From assembly GCA_016840405.1 (NCBI GenBank), contig JAEOSK010000035.1, positions 1 through 27,715 of the forward strand: a stretch of DNA of 27,715 nucleotides, read 5' to 3'. Shown in pieces: positions 1 through 8,304 of this stretch. The notes under the pieces are model-generated. The model did not search any database, was not told the origin of the DNA, and saw nothing but the letters and a program-made list of their open reading frames with translations. Every line of letters begins with the position of its first letter. Positions within the stretch are counted from its first letter, which is position 1. The position numbers and the translations under genes were made by a program. The stretch is from Candidatus Hermodarchaeum yapensis. GTDB lineage: Archaea; Asgardarchaeota; Hermodarchaeia; Hermodarchaeales; Hermodarchaeaceae.

Positions 1-258
1 ACCATCGGCACCCCCATCACCACACCACTTACTGGTCCTCCCATCACCCTCACCAACTTCGCAAATGCAACGGTACTGGGAACACAGAACTTCGCCAATT
101 CTGTGGTAGCAGGATTCCAGAACCTGGCCAACACCATCGCCCGCGGCTTCCGACCACCCCCACCACCCCCCCGCAGAGGCTCGTTTAGCGGGCGGAGCTG
201 CGCTTGCGCATGCGCGTGCGTAAGTTGTGCGTGCGCTTGTGCAGGGGGAGGGCGATAA
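1..258 (+). CDS. C-terminal fragment of a hypothetical protein ending in a Pro-rich linker and Cys-rich tail (SCACACACVSCACACAGGGR)
   Basis: Frame 1 is open from base 1 to TAA at 256-258 and reads TIGTPITT...RGFRPPPPPPRRGSFSGRSCACACACVSCACACAGGGR*. Missing from the ORF track because the start lies outside the window. Confidence 0.85.
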   Translation, partial: TIGTPITTPLTGPPITLTNFANATVLGTQNFANSVVAGFQNLANTIARGFRPPPPPPRRGSFSGRSCACACACVSCACACAGGGR

Positions 259-268
259 TAGGCGTGCG

Positions 269-1838
269 TTATTGGTTTGAATTATCCTGTGGATATTTCT
301 TCAGTATGTAGGCAATTCTCCTTCTATCATAGGATACTCAAAATTTGTCAAAGATTAATTCTGCAATTTTTCCCTTTGAGAGTCTCTGTCGATTAAGTTG
401 GTGAACTTCTGCAATGACCTCTTGAGGAATAAACCTAGGATTCTCTTCTCGACGAACACGAATCATTTCTGCTAGTTTGTCGGCGTTCATTTGGCGGTCC
501 GTTGCGTATAAGAAAAAGGGGAATTTTGCAGCACGCAATACACATATCTGTCGTTTTATCTTGATGCGGTGCTCATCTTTGGTTGATCCTATATCAAAAG
601 TCTGTAGTAATTTTCTCAAGAATGGAATATTTGGTCCACATGTGTTGCTGAGCGTTTGGTCTTTAATACTAGCAGAGCCATCGCCATCGTTAAAGCCTTG
701 AAGGAACTTAATGCGGATGTTTGTTGGTGCTGTTAGTAGCCAATCGGCTTTAATCAAATGGTAAGTCGTTCTTTGTTCCGTCTCAAGTCCGAAGCATGTT
801 TTATCTATCCATTGGAGGAGAGGGGTGTTTTCGGAGTTCCAGGAGTAACAGGTTTTTGGTCCGGCTGAGGAGTCCCGGTCTCCGACTTGTTTTGCGTGGA
901 TGCCGATTTGTCCAAGGTAATAACAGGTGGCTTCGCCCATTTGTTTGCTCCAGGAGTATTTTTTGGAGAGACGGAGATCGATACGGTGTGAGCTGTATGT
1001 GATGCTTGATTTGCCGCAGTCGCTGACGATGATGCCGAGGAGATAGGCAAAGGCTTCGTCTTGGGTGATGGGTCCAAATTGATGTTGCCATTGGTGCATT
1101 TGTGGGGTGTCGAGGGGTTGGGTCTGGTGAATCACATGTTGGATTTGCGTCCAGGTTTCTACGGTTGTTGGGACGTTGATGAAGTTGGTTGGGTGGAAAT
1201 TGGCTTCCATGGTGAAGGGGAGCCATTGGTGGTTGGGTTCTGGAGGTTGTTTGGGGATGTGGCGTGTGAGTTCGATGTAATCTGGGCGGCGACCGTCGAC
1301 CCAGCGCATGATTTGTGAGTGGCGGACTTTCAGGGTGCGAGCGACATCGAGGTAGGCGCCGCCATCTTTGAGAAGGTTGAGGGCTTGGAAGTATTGGGTG
1401 CAGTGGGTGAAGCGTTTGTGGTGGTGTGGGGATGTGGTAAGTTCTTGAGCGGGGTAGTAGGTTTTCAGACGTGCGATAACATCATCTGTAGAGAAATACC
1501 GTTGTTTTCTTTGTGGAGTTGACTGATTTGCTTATTGGCTTGGGTCTTCGAGAGCATGCGTTCCAGTTCATAGTATAAGCGGGGTTTGCGGGCATCTTGG
1601 GCCCAGGCGGTGAATTTTGGCGGGTGATACCGAGTTCTTTGCCAATGCGTTTGCGATCACCGCGTTGCAGATGTGTTTGATCTTTGAGAAGTTGGGAATA
1701 GTTGGGGCTGCGGTGGAGTCCGGGGAATTCGATTTCGAGGATTTTGTGGAGGTGGGGGATGGTGGTGATGGGGGTGGTGTGGATGGTGGGGTGCCAGAGG
1801 TGGATGGGGGCGTGATCACGGGGTTTGGGTGGTGGCAT
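269..1838 (-). pseudogene. Disrupted multi-HTH, double-motif LAGLIDADG endonuclease-like protein
   Basis: LAGLIDADG-like motifs AYLLGIIVSDC and KFLQGFNDGDG lie in ORF 338..1309. That frame extends upstream to ~1490 (TDDVIARLKTYY...YLDVARTLKVRHSQIMRW). Frameshifts at ~1616 and ~1491 join it to ORF 1482..1838. An in-frame TGA at 338-340 interrupts a C-terminal HTH that continues VSYDRRRIAYILKKY to TAA at 269-271. Confidence 0.7.
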
Positions 1839-1913
1839 GGGCGGTCCCTACTAGGATCTGGGTTAGGAGGGGTTATGAACCCCACAAAGGGTGGGGCTGG
1901 TGTGGGACCGCCC
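1839..1913 (-). other. GC-rich branched stem-loop immediately upstream of the LAGLIDADG gene ATG
   Basis: Perfect 10-bp inverted repeat GGGCGGTCCC (1839-1848) / GGGACCGCCC (1904-1913), enclosing alternative hairpins GGGGTT/AACCCC and CCCCAC/GTGGGG. Confidence 0.55.
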
Positions 1914-1963
1914 GGTTTTAGTTCGTTTAGCTGCCTAGACGCTTCACAGATGCTAAGGGGTTG

Positions 1964-2194
1964 TCAGTGTCGAGTCGCTTGAACGTTTGCTAGGGCTAAT
2001 TCTGCGACCTTTGTGAAGGGGTCGTCGACAGTTTTGCCTGAAGTGGAGTAGGTTTCATAGTAGGGGGTGTTCCATCTTTCTTCGACCATTTGGGCAGCTT
2101 CCAAAGGAATGATGCGTTTTCTGTTTAGATCGGTGTAATTACCTACCAGGATAATGGAGCCTTGAGGAACGACACGCCGGAAGTCAGTAATCAT
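1964..2194 (-). pseudogene. C-terminal remnant of a Ras/Rab-like small GTPase
   Basis: ITDFRRVVPQGSIILVGNYTDL (degenerate G4, NKxD) and PYYETYSTSGKTVDDPF (degenerate G5, ETSAK). No G1-G3 motifs; the upstream DNA is occupied by the Yip1 gene. Confidence 0.7.
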
Positions 2195-2201
2195 AGTCCG
2201 A

Positions 2202-2798
2202 TTATGGGACGGGGGTGGCGAACCATCCGAAGGTGAAGGCCCAGACGATTTGGATGCCAATAAACGCGTTGATGAGAGTAATGGTTGGTCCTAACGAAGT
2301 GTTGTGAAGGTGGTTTAGGGCGACGACGTAGAGGTATCCAGCCCATAATCCGGATATAAGGGCAAAGTAGGGGATCCAGCCAAATAATAGGGTGGGGGCG
2401 ACAGCGTAGATGCCGACTTTGAAGGAGTCGAGGAGGGTGCCGGTGCCACGGAGGAGTTTGGCGATGAGGTGGTAGATGAGGCCGATAAGGGGGAATTTCA
2501 GGATGTTGAGGAGGAAGGTGAGGATGCCAATCCAGAGGTAGCGGGTGATGCCGGTGACGGCTTCAAGGAGGGGAGCGTAGAGGTAACCGCCCATTTGGGC
2601 GTTAGTGCCAGCGTGGACGATGTTGGCGGGAAACCCAAGCCAAATCATGAGGGGGGTGAGGCATGCGAGGAGGAGGTTGAGGAGCAAGAAAAAGCGGAAG
2701 ATAGGCCAGTATCCGCCTTTGCCGCGTTCGGCGTCAAAGAATTGGTCGGGGTGGGCGAGGATTTGCCAGGTTTTGGTGAATTCAGTTTGGAGGAACAT
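2202..2798 (-). CDS. Yip1-domain multi-pass membrane protein
   Basis: About five hydrophobic segments and the typical pattern ILAHPDQFF...HLIAKLLRGTGT...SFKVGIYAVAPTLLFGWIP. GGTGA RBS on the minus strand at 2805-2809. Confidence 0.8.
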   Translation of the reverse strand: MFLQTEFTKTWQILAHPDQFFDAERGKGGYWPIFRFFLLLNLLLACLTPLMIWLGFPANIVHAGTNAQMGGYLYAPLLEAVTGITRYLWIGILTFLLNILKFPLIGLIYHLIAKLLRGTGTLLDSFKVGIYAVAPTLLFGWIPYFALISGLWAGYLYVVALNHLHNTSLGPTITLINAFIGIQIVWAFTFGWFATPVP

Positions 2799-2816
2799 GG
2801 TTGGTCACCATTTATA

Positions 2817-2852
2817 TTTGCATATTTTGTCAAATTATGCAAAATACACAAA
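2817..2852. promoter_or_regulatory. Putative operator (inverted repeat) in the divergent promoter region
   Basis: TTTGCATATTTTG-T-CAAATTATGCAAA (2817-2843; 13-bp arms, 1 mismatch), plus a third overlapping copy CAAAATACACAAA (2840-2852). Adjacent TATA-like TATAAAAA at 2854-2861. Confidence 0.65.
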
Positions 2853-2894
2853 CTATAAAAATATTTGCCTACCCACCCCTCACAGGAATCACTC

Positions 2895-3401
2895 ATGTCG
2901 CAATTAGATCAGGTCCGTGAAAGCTTCATTCAGCTCATGGAACGCATCACAGAACAACGCGGGTTTACCCCTATTCACGGTCGGATTCTTGCCTGTTTGC
3001 TCCTTTCTGACTCACCACAAACACAGCGTGGTATCGCTGAGTGGACCGGATATAGCGTCTCGGCTGTAAGCCGGACGTTGGAGCAAATGGTCGCTTTCGG
3101 TTCGGTGCGGCGATTCAAACAGCCGGGGACACGGAGTTATCAGTACGAAATTGACGCGTCTTTACCGTCGTTATTCATTGGACCTTTTGAGCGGTGGCTG
3201 AGCATTGTGGATTCCGTTCGTGGTGCCTTTGGTCAGTTGGCTGAGGCAGCACAAGATATCGACCGGGGATTGCTTACCTCATCTCAAACGAAGGAAGCGA
3301 ACCTCCTGATATCTCACCTGCAGCAGCTCGTGGGCACTCTTCAGACGGTCACACCAATTTTGAAAGAAATGCTTAATCGGCTTCAAACCCTCAGTCCCTA
3401 A
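2895..3401 (+). CDS. MarR/GbsR-like winged-helix transcriptional regulator
   Basis: GFTPIHGRILACLLLSDSPQTQRGIAEWTGYSVSAVSRTLEQMVAFGSVRR is a wHTH, followed by a C-terminal helical region. ATG 2895 is the preferred start. Confidence 0.85.
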   Translation: MSQLDQVRESFIQLMERITEQRGFTPIHGRILACLLLSDSPQTQRGIAEWTGYSVSAVSRTLEQMVAFGSVRRFKQPGTRSYQYEIDASLPSLFIGPFERWLSIVDSVRGAFGQLAEAAQDIDRGLLTSSQTKEANLLISHLQQLVGTLQTVTPILKEMLNRLQTLSP

Positions 3402-3557
3402 ACTGGCAGCAGACGTGTTGGAAGGCGTTGCAAAGTAGCGTGCGCTGAAGAATCTGATGGGCATCTTGATACAAGATGGGGGAGATGGGACCTGGAAAAT
3501 TTTAGGTACGTGCTGAGTTGATTTTTTAGGTGGTAGGGGATATAGGGTATCTCATTA

Positions 3558-4697
3558 GTGGTGGTAGACGGGATGGAAAAGCTGGTTGTACTAAAACTCG
3601 TCTTAGTGATGGGATTCTTGCTTGCTGGGCAGATGCCTGTTGCTGGGCTCAGTGTGCCAGTGCAGGAGATGATACCAGTGATTGTGGATATGGATGTGGC
3701 GCCTGATGATATTGGGGCGTTAGTGTATTTGTTGAAGCATCCGGGGGTGTCGGTTCGGGCGATTACGGTGTCGTGTGGGATTACCTATGTGCCGTGGGGA
3801 GTGGCGAATGTGTTGCGGTTGTTAGATTATTTGGGGTTTCGGGACATTCCGGTGGCGGCAGGGAAGGAGACGCCATTGGTTGGTGATAATGCATTTCCCA
3901 CCGAGTGGCGGGGTGGGTGCTACAATTTTTATGGGTTGGAGTTGCCGGCAACGGATTTACATCCGTCTGTGATGAATGCATCGGAGCTGATTATGTCCGT
4001 TATTGCGTCTTCGGCGGAGAATCTTACGTTGGTGACGACTGGACCACTGACAAATATTGCCCTAGCGCTACAAGCAAACCCTTCGATAAAGGAGGGTATT
4101 GAGCGCATTCATTGTATGGGAGGGGCAGTAACGGTTCCCGGCAATGTGGGCTTTGAATATCCAGCCATTCCCAATTATGTCGCCGAATGGAATGTCTGGG
4201 TTGATCCCCATGCGGCTGAGATCGTGTTCAAATCGGGTGTCTCGGTTACACTGATTCCCTTGGATGCTACCAATGAGGTTCCTACCTCTGAGGCGTTTCG
4301 CACACGGCTGGAAGGCATCATGCGGACGCCTGAAGCCGAAATTGTCCATCAATTTGTCCAACCTGAAATTGGGGGCTATTTCTGGGATCAGTTAACGGCC
4401 GTGGCGCTAACTAACCCGTCAGTGGTTACGTTCGAGTCTCATTACATTGAGGTCCTGATTAGTGACGAGAATCAAACAGGCTGGACGCAATCTATTGCCC
4501 AAGATCCGCCTAATACGCAAGTTGCGGTCCATGCCGATGCTGACACATTTGAGGACCTTTTCATCGAAACAATCAACTATCTCGAACCGCTTCCAATCTT
4601 TCCTGGCCCCCTAATAATTGTCATCAGTGTTGGTATTGGAATAATCCTTTCTTTCGCTATCCTAGTGGGCTATCGACGAAGGAAAACCTTTCTATGA
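3558..4697 (+). CDS. Nucleoside hydrolase (IU-NH family) with N-terminal signal segment and C-terminal membrane anchor
   Basis: DMDVAPDD (DxDxxxDD Ca-binding motif), TGPLTNIA, MGG...GN, AEWNVWVDP, PLDAT, FWD. Both termini are hydrophobic and the protein ends YRRRK. Start may be ATG 3573. Confidence 0.9.
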   Translation: MVVDGMEKLVVLKLVLVMGFLLAGQMPVAGLSVPVQEMIPVIVDMDVAPDDIGALVYLLKHPGVSVRAITVSCGITYVPWGVANVLRLLDYLGFRDIPVAAGKETPLVGDNAFPTEWRGGCYNFYGLELPATDLHPSVMNASELIMSVIASSAENLTLVTTGPLTNIALALQANPSIKEGIERIHCMGGAVTVPGNVGFEYPAIPNYVAEWNVWVDPHAAEIVFKSGVSVTLIPLDATNEVPTSEAFRTRLEGIMRTPEAEIVHQFVQPEIGGYFWDQLTAVALTNPSVVTFESHYIEVLISDENQTGWTQSIAQDPPNTQVAVHADADTFEDLFIETINYLEPLPIFPGPLIIVISVGIGIILSFAILVGYRRRKTFL

Positions 4698-4805
4698 TGC
4701 CTATATTGAGAAATTTGAATGAGCGAGCTGCAATTTGCCAAGAGCTGTTGGTTCTCCGGTTTCACAGTAACAAATTTATCTCATTTGATAACGCTTTTCA
4801 TCTTG

Positions 4806-5582
4806 ATGGAGAGCTTTCCTCGCTTAATTACCCCTTCTAGTGCGCCCTATGATCCTGTTGATTTAGCCAAAGCTACGCAAGATAATGTATGTCGTCGGAC
4901 GGATCAGGCTCGAAAGTATACGGCGGTATATGTTGCAGGAGTGTATGGTGGAATTGCCACAGCCTACGCTGTGGGGTGTCCATTGCGGTGTATTTTTTGT
5001 TGGGTGGATGATTCCCGGGAGTATCCTGAACGCCGAGGGCGATTTTACACGCCTGATGAGTTAGTTGATGCACTTTGGAATGTGGTTCGGGAGGGCTATA
5101 TTCGAAAGGCGCGGATTTCAGGGGCGGAGCCGACGTTGTGTAAGGCGCATTTGTTGGCAGTGCTTCCGCTCGTTGAGGAGTCGTTGTTTGAATCGTTTAT
5201 GTTGGAAACGAATGGCGTGTTGTTTGGTGCGGATGCGGATTATGCGCAGCAGATGGCGCGGTTTGAGAAGGTGCACGTCCGTGTGAGTCTGAAAGCGGCC
5301 ACACCCGAGGGGTTTCAGCAGCGGACAGGTGCGCGTGGTGAGGCTGTTGATCTACCGTTTCAAGCGATTCAGCATCTGTTGCAGGCGAAGGCGAGTTTTC
5401 ATGTGGCGGCGATGACAGATCCTCGGTTAATGCCTGCAACGGAACGGGAGCTCCTGATTTCACGGCTAGCGGACCTCGATATGCGGTTGGTTGAAAATCT
5501 GGAAGAAGAACGGTGTGATCCCTATAAGGGAACGGTACGTCGGCTTGAAGCGGCTGGAGTGGATGTAACATCATTCTTTTAG
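4806..5582 (+). CDS. Radical SAM protein (small archaeal Fe-S oxidoreductase type)
   Basis: GCPLRCIFCW (CxxxCxxC), RISGAEPTL, LETNG. ATG 4806 is the likely start. Confidence 0.85.
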   Translation: MESFPRLITPSSAPYDPVDLAKATQDNVCRRTDQARKYTAVYVAGVYGGIATAYAVGCPLRCIFCWVDDSREYPERRGRFYTPDELVDALWNVVREGYIRKARISGAEPTLCKAHLLAVLPLVEESLFESFMLETNGVLFGADADYAQQMARFEKVHVRVSLKAATPEGFQQRTGARGEAVDLPFQAIQHLLQAKASFHVAAMTDPRLMPATERELLISRLADLDMRLVENLEEERCDPYKGTVRRLEAAGVDVTSFF

Positions 5583-6139
5583 AAGGACTTCATCATGCTG
5601 GGAACTTGCATTTGCGTGTGCTGTGAGTAGTAATGATCAAGATTTCGTTTGTGTCGGAGTTGTTGAGCTTTGGCGGCGACGATGATGATGGTGAATATGA
5701 TTCCGAAGAGCAGGGCTGCAATCCAGTAGGGTGTATTAACGTCGGATGACACAAACCGTTTGAGTATGCTCCATTCGTAGACTGTGTCATAGACGTCATA
5801 CCCCTGTACACTAATGTTGGTCCAACCGAGTGGGTAGTTGTCGGTATGGAACGCCCAGGTGAACTGATGGTGAGTGGTGTTGTGGGCAAGGGTTTGGTTG
5901 ATATGTATGGTCACATGGGTCAGGTTGGCTGGACCGTTGACACTGAGTTGGAAATGCCCTTGGATATCGTTGCCAATGGAGTAACCAACGATTCGAATCA
6001 AGTGCACTTGGAGAGGGCGGGTGTCGTTGATGATAATTTGCTCTATATGGTTGTTGTCGGGCTTGAGAAGGAAACCCATCCCGCCGATGAGAATAACGAT
6101 GCTCAGAAGAGTAAGTACAAGCCGAGAGGTGAACTGCAT
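5579..6139 (-). CDS. Hypothetical membrane protein with two TM segments flanking a beta-rich extracellular domain
   Basis: Hydrophobic N-terminus and C-terminal TM; N-glycosylation sequons NDT, NLT, NQT, NTT, NIS. Confidence 0.7.
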   Translation of the reverse strand: MQFTSRLVLTLLSIVILIGGMGFLLKPDNNHIEQIIINDTRPLQVHLIRIVGYSIGNDIQGHFQLSVNGPANLTHVTIHINQTLAHNTTHHQFTWAFHTDNYPLGWTNISVQGYDVYDTVYEWSILKRFVSSDVNTPYWIAALLFGIIFTIIIVAAKAQQLRHKRNLDHYYSQHTQMQVPSMMKSF

Positions 6140-6209
6140 TACTATGAGACTTGAACAGGTTCTGTATTAAGCTTTAACCGATGATTTCTGATTTAATAGG
6201 AAGGTTCCG

Positions 6210-7658
6210 TTATTCTGGCGCTCGGTAGCTTTCGGCTTGTTTGCGGGCACGTTCGTGGGGAGGTTTCATGTCGGGAGGAAGGGGTGATTGGTAAGTGCGG
6301 TTTTTCATGCGGTGGTTGAATTCGTCTTGGACGAGTTTGAGGGCGTTAGGATTGGTGAGGAGGTCGAGGGCGGTGGTGGCAAGGGTTTTGGCAGCGAAGA
6401 TGAGGGATTTGTGGCCGATGCTCATGCCGGAGTGGGCGACGGTACGCCAAGAGTGGAAGGGATCATAGAGGGCGCTTGTGGTGGTGACAAATTCTAAGGT
6501 GGGCGCTTTCCAGCTGACATCGCCTACATCGGTGGATCCGTGCCACACAAGTCCTTCATCCCAAGGTTCTTCGACGGTGTTGCTGAGGGTTATGTTGAGG
6601 AATTTCTCCCAGTGGGGGTGTCTGAGCGTCGCGAGGGTTGCGCGTTTCTCATCTAGTGTTAAATCTTGGACGATAGTCTTGCTGAATTCGATTTCTTTGT
6701 CGTCATATTGGGGAGGTCCGATTTCGTGCATGTTGGCTACAATGAGTTTGCTAAGCTGTTTGTTTGGGATGAGGTTGTAGTATCCCATTTCTTGTTCGAC
6801 GGTGTGTGTGGTGCCGGCCATTAAATCGGCACCGTCAGCAATTTTGAGGACGCGTTGATAGATGTAGCCAAGTTGATCCATTTCTGGTGACCGAATGAAG
6901 TACCAACTGCGGGCATAGTCGGGGACTATGTTGGGTTGGGTGCCTCCTTGTTCAATCACGTAATGAATTCGGGCATCATCGATGATGTGCTCGCGCATAA
7001 AGTTTACCCCGGTATTCATGAGTTCTACGGCGTCAAGGGCGCTGCGCCCCAGTTCTGGAGAGCCTGCGGCATGGGCGGTTTTCCCGTAGAAATGGAATTT
7101 GTAGGATTTGATGGCATTAGAACTTCCCAGTAGGGCGGAATTGATTCTGGCTGGGTGGTGGCTCAGTACGGCATCAACGTCATCGAAAAATCCATCACGG
7201 ACCATGAACAACTTGCCACCATAGTTTTCCTCGGCGGGCGTGCCGTAGAATCGAATAGTGCCTTTGATATTTTGTTGTTCCATGGCCATTTTCGTGGCGA
7301 TGGCTCCTCCTAGGCCTGATGTACCATGGATGTTGTGCCCGCAGCCGTGTCCTGGAGCGCCTTCGACTACTGGGTCCCTGGTAGGTACGGCCTTTTGAGA
7401 TAGCCCAGGAAGGGCATCGTATTCACCCATGATACCGATGATGGGGTGTCCTTTGCCATAGCTGGCGATGAAAGCCGTAGGCATATCGGCGACACCGCGT
7501 TGTACCTGGAAGCCGTGTTTTTCCAGGGTGTCCGCAAGGAGAGCTGAGGACTTGAATTCTAAAAGGCCGAGTTCGGCGTATCCCCAAATTTTGTCACTTA
7601 TTTCAATGAGCTGCGGTTTGTTCTTTTCAATCCACTTGATTGCATCTTGTTTTACCAT
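6210..7658 (-). CDS. abgB: M20 family amidohydrolase, p-aminobenzoyl-glutamate hydrolase subunit B-like
   Basis: GEYDALPGL, GHGCGHN, GTPAEE, GKTAHAAGSPELGRSALDAVELMN, GSTDVGDVSW. ATG at 7658. Confidence 0.85.
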   Translation of the reverse strand: MVKQDAIKWIEKNKPQLIEISDKIWGYAELGLLEFKSSALLADTLEKHGFQVQRGVADMPTAFIASYGKGHPIIGIMGEYDALPGLSQKAVPTRDPVVEGAPGHGCGHNIHGTSGLGGAIATKMAMEQQNIKGTIRFYGTPAEENYGGKLFMVRDGFFDDVDAVLSHHPARINSALLGSSNAIKSYKFHFYGKTAHAAGSPELGRSALDAVELMNTGVNFMREHIIDDARIHYVIEQGGTQPNIVPDYARSWYFIRSPEMDQLGYIYQRVLKIADGADLMAGTTHTVEQEMGYYNLIPNKQLSKLIVANMHEIGPPQYDDKEIEFSKTIVQDLTLDEKRATLATLRHPHWEKFLNITLSNTVEEPWDEGLVWHGSTDVGDVSWKAPTLEFVTTTSALYDPFHSWRTVAHSGMSIGHKSLIFAAKTLATTALDLLTNPNALKLVQDEFNHRMKNRTYQSPLPPDMKPPHERARKQAESYRAPE

Positions 7659-7765
7659 GTGCCATCCCACAGGCACATTTAATGCGAAATTGTTGGCTTA
7701 AATGTTCTGAGAAGATACCCACGCTCAACGTGTTGGGGTATACGCAGACAGGAGTTGAATGGTTC

Positions 7766-8302
7766 ATGCGATTCGTTGTGGGATACGATTGGGAGGCTTA
7801 CAAAGGATATTATGCAACACTGAATGAGTTACATGCCTATTACCGGAAGTTAAACCTTGATGCTGTGAGTTATGAAGTTGGAGTTGTAGGAGACGCAGAG
7901 ACACAAATCATCAAGGCGGATTCATCTCATCTTATTGTTTGGCTTGATGGTGATGAAGTCGTGGGTCATGCGGTGTGGCATAAAACTAGTACGGAAGAAC
8001 ATCATCAGGGTAACCCCCGTGATGAGGATGATCGATCCAATCTTCGTAAGTTATTCGATGGGAAAAGGGAGAACCTTGTAGAGTTGCATGAGATCTGGTT
8101 ACGACCCGAACACCGTAGGAAAGGCTTCGGGAAACAGTTTTTCACGTTCTTTGAAAAATGCATTCGCGAAAGGGGATTTGCAGGAATTGTCTATTATACA
8201 GAGAATCCCGCTGGGATTGCTATCTGTCGTCAACGCGGATATCGGGAAGCTGACCTGGAGAGTAAAGGGTGGAAAATTTTCACCTTAGCATTGACTCGGT
8301 AA
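7766..8302 (+). CDS. GNAT family N-acetyltransferase
   Basis: Motif A IWLRPEHRRKGFGKQ and NPAGIAICRQRGY. ATG 7766 follows a GGAG. Confidence 0.8.
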   Translation: MRFVVGYDWEAYKGYYATLNELHAYYRKLNLDAVSYEVGVVGDAETQIIKADSSHLIVWLDGDEVVGHAVWHKTSTEEHHQGNPRDEDDRSNLRKLFDGKRENLVELHEIWLRPEHRRKGFGKQFFTFFEKCIRERGFAGIVYYTENPAGIAICRQRGYREADLESKGWKIFTLALTR

Positions 8303-8304
8303 TA

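Noticed and set aside
195-243. DNA microsatellite (TGCGC-like repeats)
   Set aside because: Explained by Cys-Ala codons with synonymous variation.
338-340. Selenocysteine readthrough of the TGA in the LAGLIDADG gene
   Set aside because: The position is the HTH turn where Gly (GGA) is expected, and the gene has other lesions, so a nonsense mutation is simpler.
1839-1913. tRNA (75 nt, GGGG-TTCATAA-CCCC T-loop-like hairpin)
   Set aside because: The T-like arm is not adjacent to the acceptor strand and no cloverleaf can be formed.
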